A stretch of 64,000 nt of DNA from an uncultured virus (IMG/VR IMGVR_UViG_3300042197_003096) (taxonomy: Duplodnaviria > Heunggongvirae > Uroviricota > Caudoviricetes): the IMG/VR virus record IMGVR_UViG_3300042197_003096; one strand, written 5' to 3'. A program made the translations under genes and the position numbers. Of this stretch, positions 31,173 to 38,924 are shown piece by piece (positions within the stretch are counted from its first letter, which is position 1; every line of letters begins with the position of its first letter). The notes beneath the pieces were generated by a model. The model searched no databases. It was not told the origin of the DNA and was given only the letters and a program-made list of their open reading frames with translations.

Positions 31173-33112
31173 TGTCTGGAATTAAACATTTAAACGAAAT
31201 CTACGAAAAGAAAGGAAAGGAGTTCATGGAGAAACTTTTTTCCAGTGAACTTACTGTGACTGAAAATCTAGACGGTTCTTCTTTCTCTTTTGAGAAAGAT
31301 TTTACTGGAAACAATATCTCCTTTTATAAAAAGGACCAAGATAATCCCATCACAAGAGTGGATAGGATTTTAATGACTTACTATGAGAAGCCGATAAATT
31401 ACATTTCTTCTTTACCTGAAGACATTAAATTACAGATCCCCTCTGGATGGAGGTTTGGAATGACTTACTTTCCCAACTCCAAACCAGTCAGAATTGAATA
31501 TGATAGGATTCCAAAGAATCACCTGATTCTCACACACATCTTAATCAAGGACGAATTCGGGGATAATGTTAGGGTTATCCAGGATAAAAAAGAATTAGAA
31601 GACTGGGCAGATAAACTTGGAGTGGAAGCTCCTCCTGTGATTTTTCAGGGGAGATTAAACGAGGACCAAAAACTGGCGGTGATGGATTTTGCGTCCACCC
31701 CAATAGCAGATCTCAGAGCCAAATTTGAGACAGAAAGCTTTTCTAAGTTTTTGATTAGTATCTTAAATCCTTCTCTAAAATCTACTGCATTAGGAAAAGA
31801 TTTGTATGGACAAATCGATTCTTTAATTTTTAGATTCAAGGGCGAGGGAGGAGAAGAGGATTATTTAGCAAAAGCTGTAGATCCTATTTTTTATGAGATG
31901 TCTCTTTCTCGTAAGCCTGCAAAATCTTCATATTTTCCTAATGATATTTATACTCTGACCCTTATTGACATTATGAATTTTATCCTAGAAAATGGGGTAG
32001 AAAATTTCATTTCAGAGGGCACAGAACCAGAAGATCGATACATCAGTTTCGTCTTTGATGTTTTCAAAAGATTCATACAAGAAGAGGGGGAAAAATACAT
32101 AGGTGCTGATTTTGAAAAACCTTCGTACCTAAATTCTGAAAAATTTTCTATTAATAAAGATCTGATTGAAGACCAATCTGTGGTAGAACTCTTAGATGAA
32201 GAATCATACGAGACTATACTTCAAATGATCCTTAATTCATTTAGAAAGTATAAAAGAAAACCACACGGTTTCTTTACTGAAGGATTAATAGAGCAATTCA
32301 ACCAATTAGTTGACGAGATAGCAACATACATCAATCGGAAGAAGAAAGAAAAAATACAAGAAGCAGTAGGCATCCCTTCATTTATTTGGTTTAAGAAAAC
32401 CATCAAAGATTTTGAAATTTCGGAAGATTTAGAAGAGCCCTCTCAGGAAGAAGTCCAAGAAAAAGTAGAGATGCTTTTGGAATCCGAAAATAAGGAAGAA
32501 AACACTTCAGAATTTTTCTCTTTTAAAGACTTTAGAAAAGTTGTAGCAACGAACAAGGAGAAAAAGAAAATTAAAATTATAAACGAGGAAAGTCAAGGTA
32601 GTAACATAGTCATAGGGAAATTTCAGCCTTTTAATAACGGTCACTTAAAAATGTGTACCAGAGTTAAAAAGGAAAACAAGCTCCCTGTTTTTCTCTGTGT
32701 TGTCCACCCAGGAACAACTTCAAAAAAATATCCATTTTCAAAGGATCTAATTAAAAAATCCATTTCCTCTTTGGTTTCAGAAAACCCAGATTTATTTTCT
32801 GGTTATTGTTTCATAGAATCTCCTTTACTAGAAGACGCCTTATCTAAGGCTGGCGAAAAAGTAAACGTGGCAGCGATTTGTGTTGGCGAACCTGGATTCG
32901 AAGATATGGTTCTGCAAAGAGAATGGATCAGAAAAAAATATGATACAGGGGAGAAAGGGATAGAGATTTTCAAAACACCAATTTGGTCCAACAATTCAGA
33001 TATTAGAGACGCAGTAACAAATTCGGATTTCCAGACCTTCAAATCTAAAGTACCTAAATCTATCTCCCTCCTCTTTAGTGAATACGAAAGAGAGAAGAAC
33101 TCAGATATATAG
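31172..33112 (+). CDS. Fusion of an RNA-ligase-like nucleotidyltransferase domain and a HIGH-family cytidylyltransferase-like domain, both with degenerate motifs
   Basis: 'VTENLDGS' (motif I KxDG with K->N); 'IGKFQPFNNGH' (HxGH-like). Confidence 0.6.
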   Translation: MSGIKHLNEIYEKKGKEFMEKLFSSELTVTENLDGSSFSFEKDFTGNNISFYKKDQDNPITRVDRILMTYYEKPINYISSLPEDIKLQIPSGWRFGMTYFPNSKPVRIEYDRIPKNHLILTHILIKDEFGDNVRVIQDKKELEDWADKLGVEAPPVIFQGRLNEDQKLAVMDFASTPIADLRAKFETESFSKFLISILNPSLKSTALGKDLYGQIDSLIFRFKGEGGEEDYLAKAVDPIFYEMSLSRKPAKSSYFPNDIYTLTLIDIMNFILENGVENFISEGTEPEDRYISFVFDVFKRFIQEEGEKYIGADFEKPSYLNSEKFSINKDLIEDQSVVELLDEESYETILQMILNSFRKYKRKPHGFFTEGLIEQFNQLVDEIATYINRKKKEKIQEAVGIPSFIWFKKTIKDFEISEDLEEPSQEEVQEKVEMLLESENKEENTSEFFSFKDFRKVVATNKEKKKIKIINEESQGSNIVIGKFQPFNNGHLKMCTRVKKENKLPVFLCVVHPGTTSKKYPFSKDLIKKSISSLVSENPDLFSGYCFIESPLLEDALSKAGEKVNVAAICVGEPGFEDMVLQREWIRKKYDTGEKGIEIFKTPIWSNNSDIRDAVTNSDFQTFKSKVPKSISLLFSEYEREKNSDI

Positions 33113-33116
33113 AGGT

Positions 33117-33344
33117 ATGCAAAGATTACAAAGCTTCGAAAATTTTATTCTTGAAAATTACAACAAGCCCAAGGGTAGAAAATCAAGCTGTAAAGGATCC
33201 AAGAAAAAAGATTTGGAAGAGGGATGGAATCTCACTGATAAAAACTACATGAACGTAGTTAGAAGTGAAAACTACAAAAGAAGGAAGGTTGACCAATACA
33301 TTCCTAACACCTCTGCAATTTTTCCCAAAAAAGGAGACAGTTAA
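33117..33344 (+). CDS. Small basic protein with CTS-like N-terminus
   Basis: MQRLQSFENFILEN; GATATATA at 33104. Confidence 0.55.
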   Translation: MQRLQSFENFILENYNKPKGRKSSCKGSKKKDLEEGWNLTDKNYMNVVRSENYKRRKVDQYIPNTSAIFPKKGDS

Positions 33345-33345
33345 T

Positions 33346-33885
33346 ATGAAACACTTAAAATTATACGAGCAATTTCTCAACGAAGATGGTTTTGGTAGAG
33401 CGGATTTTATCAAAAAGAAAAACGGTAAGCTTCACCAATACTATTTCAAAATTCAAGGAGAAAAAAGAGGAGAGGATATCTGCTTCGTTTTGGGAATAGG
33501 AAAGCTTTCTAGAAATACTAGTATAGAGCAAGCAGAAAATAGTTATGCTGTTCTTTCTGTAGAACCAATCAAAGAAAATGTCATGGACGATTTCTTGGTT
33601 AAAGACTCTGATTATAAATCCAGGGAGGACGAAACCTTTCCTTTGACTAGATCTGAATTTTTAAGGTTCTATAAATTAGTAGGTGAATGTATCAAAAATT
33701 ATCTACAAAGTAATCCAAAGGTTTCCACTATTTATGATGAGCTTCCATTGAACATCGAAATGGATATGGATGAATATCTGGAACTTGTAAAATCTATGAT
33801 AGATTCTTGGAGCTACGAGAAATGGGGGGTTCAAGAAGGTCCAGAAGATAAAATTCTTTTATACAACAGAAGAGATCATGATTAA
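33346..33885 (+). CDS. Hypothetical protein with CTS-like N-terminus
   Basis: MKHLKLYEQFLNED; ATG at 33346 immediately after upstream stop. Confidence 0.6.
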   Translation: MKHLKLYEQFLNEDGFGRADFIKKKNGKLHQYYFKIQGEKRGEDICFVLGIGKLSRNTSIEQAENSYAVLSVEPIKENVMDDFLVKDSDYKSREDETFPLTRSEFLRFYKLVGECIKNYLQSNPKVSTIYDELPLNIEMDMDEYLELVKSMIDSWSYEKWGVQEGPEDKILLYNRRDHD

Positions 33886-34198
33886 TTTACTTCCTTTTGA
33901 AGATTTTATCAATGAATCAAGGATTGCTATTTCTTGGGCTAAACCCTCTGTGACAACAACAAAAATACTTTCTTTTATAGACGAAAAAGAAAGGGTGACT
34001 AAGAAGGAATTAATGGAATTTCTAGGTACCATACCAGAGGATGCTTCTGGTAAGAAACCTGACATTTCTTGGGTCAGAAAAAACAAAAGGTATGTCAAAT
34101 ATAAGATACAGGAGGAAGAAGCCAATTTTTATTGTTTGACCACTTTAGGAAAAAGAGTCCTAAAATCATTTAAAGTGAATGAAACATCTTCACTCTGA
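33878..34198 (+). CDS. Possible winged-helix protein with CTS-like N-terminus
   Basis: MINLLPFEDFINES; 'VTKKELMEFL', 'YCLTTLGKRVL' resemble a wHTH. Confidence 0.5.
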   Translation: MINLLPFEDFINESRIAISWAKPSVTTTKILSFIDEKERVTKKELMEFLGTIPEDASGKKPDISWVRKNKRYVKYKIQEEEANFYCLTTLGKRVLKSFKVNETSSL

Positions 34199-34226
34199 TC
34201 GACTAAAATAATTAAAATTAAACATT

Positions 34227-34406
34227 ATGGAAAATTATGCTAAACTAGTAGAACTAGTAGAAAACATGAAAGCTGATGTGGAATCATTCTACAACAAAGG
34301 TAACAAATCTGCGGGAACACGAGTTCGCTCTGCCTGCCAAGAGATTAAAAAAATCTCCCAAGATTTGAGAATCAATGTTCAAGAAACTAAAAACACTAAA
34401 GCCTAA
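34227..34406 (+). CDS. Hc1-like (Bacteroidota 'histone H1') small protein; absent from the ORF track
   Basis: MENYAKLVELVENMKADVESFYNKGNKSAGTRVRSACQEIKKISQDLRINVQETKNTKA*; 'KGNKxAGTRxR' signature. Confidence 0.8.
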   Translation: MENYAKLVELVENMKADVESFYNKGNKSAGTRVRSACQEIKKISQDLRINVQETKNTKA

Positions 34407-34409
34407 TTC

Positions 34410-34640
34410 ATGTCTTACTACAATTGTAAAGTTAGTTTTTTCACAGGTGAGGTTAACAAAACCACAGGAAAAGCAAAAGCAAACAAGTCAGAAATTTTAG
34501 TTGAAGCAGAAAGTGTAACCGAAGCAGAAGCAAACCTTCACAAGCACATTTCTGGAGACGTAGCCGTTTCTCATTTGGATTTTGAAGTTACTGGGGTTAC
34601 TCTTTCAAAAATTGAATCTGTGATTCATTTGAAAAACTAA
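34410..34640 (+). CDS. DUF4494-like protein
   Basis: 'YNCKV..GK.K....ILVEAESVTEAEA'. Confidence 0.65.
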   Translation: MSYYNCKVSFFTGEVNKTTGKAKANKSEILVEAESVTEAEANLHKHISGDVAVSHLDFEVTGVTLSKIESVIHLKN

Positions 34641-34659
34641 TCTTAGAAGTTTAAAATTT

Positions 34660-34695
34660 GGGATATATAGGTTAAACCCTTTATATCCCTTTTTT
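34660..34695 (+). terminator. Intrinsic terminator hairpin that also contains a GATATATA motif
   Basis: gggatatatagg-ttaaac-cctttatatccc followed by a T-run. Confidence 0.6.
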
Positions 34696-34708
34696 GTGGG
34701 GAATAGTT

Positions 34709-34879
34709 ATGAAAAAGAAAGAACAAGCACCAGAAACAGGAGCATACGAACCCCCTATTTCACCAGTAAAAATCCCAAAAGGAGATACTGGATTTAACAC
34801 TGTTAAAAAGAATTACAGGAGGTTCATATGGACATGGAAAGACTTCTTGGGTAAGAAGCCAAAATTTCCAAAAGACTAA
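34709..34879 (+). CDS. Small hypothetical protein
   Basis: MKKKEQAPETG... ORF between the hairpin and the repeat genes. Confidence 0.45.
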   Translation: MKKKEQAPETGAYEPPISPVKIPKGDTGFNTVKKNYRRFIWTWKDFLGKKPKFPKD

Positions 34880-34889
34880 AAATACTATT

Positions 34890-35513
34890 ATGACAGGAGA
34901 AGAGTTTATAAAAGTATTAAAAAAGAAGAGATATTCCTACGAGATTGAAGGTGACAAGATCCTGGTGACACATCGAGGGTATGTCTGGTTGAGTGACCTC
35001 AAGACCCTTCCTCCTGGGGTGGAGTTTAAGAACAAGGGGTATGTCAATTTGGAGATCCTCGAGACCCTTCCACCTGGGGTGGAGTTTAAGAATAGTGGGA
35101 GTGTCTTTTTGAGGAGCCTCGAGACCATTCCTCCTGGTGTGGAGTTTATGAATGGTGGGGGTGTCGATTTGAGGAGCCTCGAGACCCTTCCCCCTGGTGT
35201 GGAGTTTATGAATGGTGGGTGGGTCATTTTGCGTAGTCTTAAGACCCTTGCTCCTGGTGTGGAATTTAAGAACAAGGGGAGTGTCAATTTGGATAGACTC
35301 GAGACCCTTCCTCCTGGTGTCCATTTTAAGAATGGTGGGGATGTCAATTTGGGTAGCCTCGAGACCCTTGCTCCTGATGTGGAGTTTAAGAATGGTGAGG
35401 ATGTCAGGTTGAGTGGTTTAGGTTGGGTGAAGAGTAAGGAAGGAATAAGGATAGAAGGAGTGGAGAACAAGAGGTTGTTGAATCTGATGATTAAAAAAGA
35501 GTTATTTATATGA
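34890..35513 (+). CDS. LRR-like 20-aa repeat protein, paralog 1 (7 full units)
   Basis: Unit GxVxLxxL(K/E)TLPPGVEFKNx encoded by 60-bp repeats, with N- and C-caps. Confidence 0.8.
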   Translation: MTGEEFIKVLKKKRYSYEIEGDKILVTHRGYVWLSDLKTLPPGVEFKNKGYVNLEILETLPPGVEFKNSGSVFLRSLETIPPGVEFMNGGGVDLRSLETLPPGVEFMNGGWVILRSLKTLAPGVEFKNKGSVNLDRLETLPPGVHFKNGGDVNLGSLETLAPDVEFKNGEDVRLSGLGWVKSKEGIRIEGVENKRLLNLMIKKELFI

Positions 35514-36100
35514 CAGGAGAAGAGTTTATAAATGTATTAAGAACGAAGGGATATTCCTACGAGATTGAAGGTGACAAGATCCTAGTGACACATCAGGGGA
35601 GGGTCGGGTTGGAGAGCCTCGAGACCCTTGCTCCTGATGTGGAGTTTAAGAACAAGGGGTATGTCGATTTGGAGAGCCTTAAGACCCTTCCTCCTGGTGT
35701 CCAATTTAAGAATGGTGGGGATGTCTGGTTGAGTAACCTCAAGACCCTTCCTCCTGGTGTCCATTTTAAGAATGAGGGGTGGGTCTATTTGGGGAACCTC
35801 AAGACCCTTCCACCTGGTGTCCATTTCGAGAATGAGGGGAGTGTCGATTTGGGGAACCTCAAGACCCTTCCACCTGGTGTCCATTTTAAGAATGAGGGGT
35901 GGGTCTATTTGGAGAGCCTTAAGACCCTTCCTCCTGGTGTCCATTTCGAGAATGAGGGGAGTGTCGATTTGAGGAGCCTCAAGACCCTTCCTCCTGGGGT
36001 GGAGTTTATGAATGGTGGGGGTGTCGATTTGGATAGCCTCAAGACCCTTCCTCCTGGTGTGGAGTTTAAGAATAGTGGAGATGTCAAGTTGAGTGGTTTA
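34978..36100 (+). repeat. Two arrays of 60-bp coding tandem repeats
   Basis: Core 'ctc(a/g)agacccttcctcctggtgt...tttaagaa' recurring at 60-nt period. Confidence 0.9.
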
Positions 36101-36193
36101 GGTTGGGTGAAAGATAATAAAGGAATAAGGATAGAAGGAGTCGACAACAAGAGGTTGTTGCTCCTAATGATAAGCAAGGGTTTGTTTATATAA
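35510..36193 (+). CDS. LRR-like 20-aa repeat protein, paralog 2 (8 full units)
   Basis: Near-identical caps to paralog 1; exactly 20 aa longer. Confidence 0.8.
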   Translation: MTGEEFINVLRTKGYSYEIEGDKILVTHQGRVGLESLETLAPDVEFKNKGYVDLESLKTLPPGVQFKNGGDVWLSNLKTLPPGVHFKNEGWVYLGNLKTLPPGVHFENEGSVDLGNLKTLPPGVHFKNEGWVYLESLKTLPPGVHFENEGSVDLRSLKTLPPGVEFMNGGGVDLDSLKTLPPGVEFKNSGDVKLSGLGWVKDNKGIRIEGVDNKRLLLLMISKGLFI

Positions 36194-36220
36194 AAAAGAA
36201 GATATATAAAGAAAAAACCT

Positions 36221-36931
36221 ATGCCATCAGTTTCAAAAAGCCAACAAAGGCTAATGGGCCAAATTTACGGAGTTCGTAGATTCATGGATACAGACGGAAA
36301 AGAGGGGCTTGATCCAAAGGACGTAAATCCTAAATATCGTGATATGATAGTACAGAGGGCTAAGGAATGGAAAGGAAAGAAATCCTTGAAAGCTTATGCC
36401 TCAACTAAACATAAGGGATTACCAGATGAAGTTGTTAAAGAATCATTTGATCCAAATAAACTTTCTTTTTTAATTGGAAAACCTATCAGTTTAACTAAAA
36501 CTCTTCACACTACAGGAAAATACGACCCAGAGACAGGAACTATGCCCAAGATACAAAAAGACGAGCAAGTTAATGGAATAATTAAGGGATTTGATGACGA
36601 CGGAGGGTTTTCGGTTCCCGTTATGGTTGTTTCTTCCGTGGACGGTAGCAAGATCCTTGCACGTGTTATGTGGTCCAAGAGGGATAACGAGTTTGTTGAA
36701 GGGGATTCCTCTTATCACTATGTTTACACCCCCCAAACAGAAAAGGACCAAAGAAATTTAGAACTTTTCATGGTGAATTATTATGAAGGAGTAGACGAAT
36801 CCGAAATCCCTACAATTTACCCTTACCTGGAACCGGATTCAAAAAAATCTAAAAAAAAGACTCCACAAGCGAAACTCCAAAACCTTGTAGACTACAGAGA
36901 ATACATAAAAAACATAAAAAACAATGGATAA
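36221..36931 (+). CDS. Hypothetical protein, probably late/head-associated
   Basis: 'SKSQQRLMG..YASTKHKGLP..V.E' segment; GATATATA at 36201. Confidence 0.55.
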   Translation: MPSVSKSQQRLMGQIYGVRRFMDTDGKEGLDPKDVNPKYRDMIVQRAKEWKGKKSLKAYASTKHKGLPDEVVKESFDPNKLSFLIGKPISLTKTLHTTGKYDPETGTMPKIQKDEQVNGIIKGFDDDGGFSVPVMVVSSVDGSKILARVMWSKRDNEFVEGDSSYHYVYTPQTEKDQRNLELFMVNYYEGVDESEIPTIYPYLEPDSKKSKKKTPQAKLQNLVDYREYIKNIKNNG

Positions 36932-37403
36932 CGAAAATCTAAACGAAGATTGCGGATGTGGAAGTTCCACTGATGCTATAAGAAGCCACGTACAGGGCAA
37001 TTTTAAGTACTCTGCCGATCCTTTGGTCGGTAAAAGGGTTTCACTAGTAGACGGAAGGAATGGTCTCGTAGACGATGCTATACGCAATAATATGGGGGAA
37101 GTTATTGGGTATGTCATCGAGGGGGACAGAGGAAATTACAGAGTGTTTAAAAATAAAATATCCGGAGTCTTAGAAGAGAGTGGAGGCGCCTTTGCAACTC
37201 TCCCTAGTGTTCCAGGAATGGGAGATGTAAAACCTCCGATGCCTGACGGAACACCTGGATCGGGAGATCAATTCCCTACTCTGACTGCTGGAACTCCTGC
37301 AGCTAAAAAGAAGAAAAATAAAAAAGAGCCTAATCCTATTGATACCTCTATACTAGACTTCAAATCTTTCCAAAAAAGAATGAAGCAGAATCAAAACAAA
37401 TGA
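36924..37403 (+). CDS. Hypothetical protein
   Basis: 159-aa ORF overlapping the upstream stop. Confidence 0.55.
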   Translation: MDNENLNEDCGCGSSTDAIRSHVQGNFKYSADPLVGKRVSLVDGRNGLVDDAIRNNMGEVIGYVIEGDRGNYRVFKNKISGVLEESGGAFATLPSVPGMGDVKPPMPDGTPGSGDQFPTLTAGTPAAKKKKNKKEPNPIDTSILDFKSFQKRMKQNQNK

Positions 37404-37450
37404 CAAAAAGTCTTTGTAAATCAAACGATTAAGACAATTTCGCACACAGA

Positions 37451-37486
37451 AAAAATCTAAGAAGCCAAAATTTCTTAGATTTTTTT
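37451..37486 (+). terminator. Probable intrinsic terminator
   Basis: aaaaatctaagaa...ttcttagattttttt inverted repeat with T-run. Confidence 0.6.
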
Positions 37487-37546
37487 GTTTCTCATGCACG
37501 GTATACATTTTGTTGTTTGTGGTCAAAAATAAATAATTAAATACCT

Positions 37547-37876
37547 ATGACAACACAAGAATTCGATTTCCCGTTTCTTTTCAAAACGATTAGAAACCTA
37601 GTTGGTGGTTACACCTACAAAGACGGAACTGCAATTTTTTCCGTGCCCGGCTTCACTAAGGAAGACCTTAAAATTTCATTAGACGGAAGAACAATGCACA
37701 TTACTGGAAAAAAAGAAATTGCAGGAGAAGAATATGAAGTGGACCGAAAATTCGTTCTTCCTGAAGGAACTTTAAATTCTAACGATCCAATTATAGCAAA
37801 GGTCGAAAATGGACTTCTTTATGTTCATTTGAAAAAAACTGAAAGAGCTCGTCAAAAAGAAGTAGAGATTTCTTAA
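37547..37876 (+). CDS. Small heat-shock protein (Hsp20/alpha-crystallin)
   Basis: 'VPGFTKEDLKISL', 'RKFVLP', 'AKVENGLLYV'. Confidence 0.9.
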   Translation: MTTQEFDFPFLFKTIRNLVGGYTYKDGTAIFSVPGFTKEDLKISLDGRTMHITGKKEIAGEEYEVDRKFVLPEGTLNSNDPIIAKVENGLLYVHLKKTERARQKEVEIS

Positions 37877-37885
37877 TTTAGCCTC

Positions 37886-38269
37886 GTGGCTAAAATACAC
37901 ATCATACAGGAGGACTATCAGAACGATCCATGGAAAGTTCTAATATGCTGTATCCTTTTAAATCAAACGAGCAACCTTCAGATACGTCCAATAATTTCTG
38001 AATTCTTCTCTAGATGGCCCGATGCTAAATCCCTAATCTCTTCACACCCAGACGAGATTAGGGATTTAATTAGGTCGACTGGATTCCAGAATATCAAGAC
38101 CAGAAGAATCTTTGAATTTTCCACCTCTTGGGTTTCTGGGAACAGAGATCCTTTTAAATTCCCTGGTATAGGTGACTACGGTAGGGAGGCTTGGATGATC
38201 TTCGTGGAGGGGGACACTAATTTTTCTCCGAAGGACAAGAAGTTAAAGATGTATGTAGATTCCCTTTGA
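37886..38269 (+). CDS. MBD4-like HhH DNA glycosylase
   Basis: 'DPWKVLICCILLNQT', HhH 'FPGIGDYG.EAW.IF', 'PKDKKL..Y'. Confidence 0.75.
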   Translation: MAKIHIIQEDYQNDPWKVLICCILLNQTSNLQIRPIISEFFSRWPDAKSLISSHPDEIRDLIRSTGFQNIKTRRIFEFSTSWVSGNRDPFKFPGIGDYGREAWMIFVEGDTNFSPKDKKLKMYVDSL

Positions 38270-38279
38270 TATATAAGGG

Positions 38280-38867
38280 GTGAAAAGAATTATTCCATTT
38301 AAACAGTTTTCTCCTATATCTGAATCCATTGAAGCTATCACTTCGAATTGGTTTTTAATTACCAACGAGAGTGGGTTCCCCAAAAAAATTGGAGGGGGAT
38401 TTTTAATTTCCCATCCCGATGGTTCTTTTTCTATTGGTTATAAAAAGAACGAACAGGAAGAAGCTCAGATTATATTTTACAATTCTCCAGAGGACTCAGA
38501 AAACGGAAAAACATCTATTTCTTGTAGAATAATTGACACCAAAGAGAAAACTATAGAGGAAGAAAATTTTGAAACCGTTGATTCTTCCAATTTTGTAGAG
38601 ATTCTTTCCACCTTCTTTGATCTATGTGATCTCGAAAAGACAGACAAAGAGAAAGAACAAATGTTTATGATAGGACTTTCTAAAAGTCTTAAAGCTCTTA
38701 TGAAGTCTGATGCGGCTTCTGGCCTTCCATCCTCTTTCAAGGCTTTTTATAATTTCATTCAGAAATTAAAGAAAGAAAAAGATCTTGAGGTGGATCCGTC
38801 AGAGGACCACTATGAATTTGTCAAAATTATAGAGGACTTTTTCAATTACCACAATAAAAAATTCTAA
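38280..38867 (+). CDS. Hypothetical protein with CTS-like N-terminus
   Basis: MKRIIPFKQFSPISES; GATATATA at 38268. Confidence 0.6.
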   Translation: MKRIIPFKQFSPISESIEAITSNWFLITNESGFPKKIGGGFLISHPDGSFSIGYKKNEQEEAQIIFYNSPEDSENGKTSISCRIIDTKEKTIEEENFETVDSSNFVEILSTFFDLCDLEKTDKEKEQMFMIGLSKSLKALMKSDAASGLPSSFKAFYNFIQKLKKEKDLEVDPSEDHYEFVKIIEDFFNYHNKKF

Positions 38868-38924
38868 ATCTTTTAGAGAATTCACTTTATTAGGAAACAA
38901 GTGTGAGTTCTACACATAAAAGAT

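Noticed and set aside
34978..36100. CRISPR array
   Set aside because: Repeats have a 60-nt in-frame period with no unique spacers and encode a protein repeat
34917..36177. Long antisense and alternative-frame ORFs over the repeat genes
   Set aside because: They are by-products of stop-poor repeat units; only the + frame has caps, starts and translational coupling
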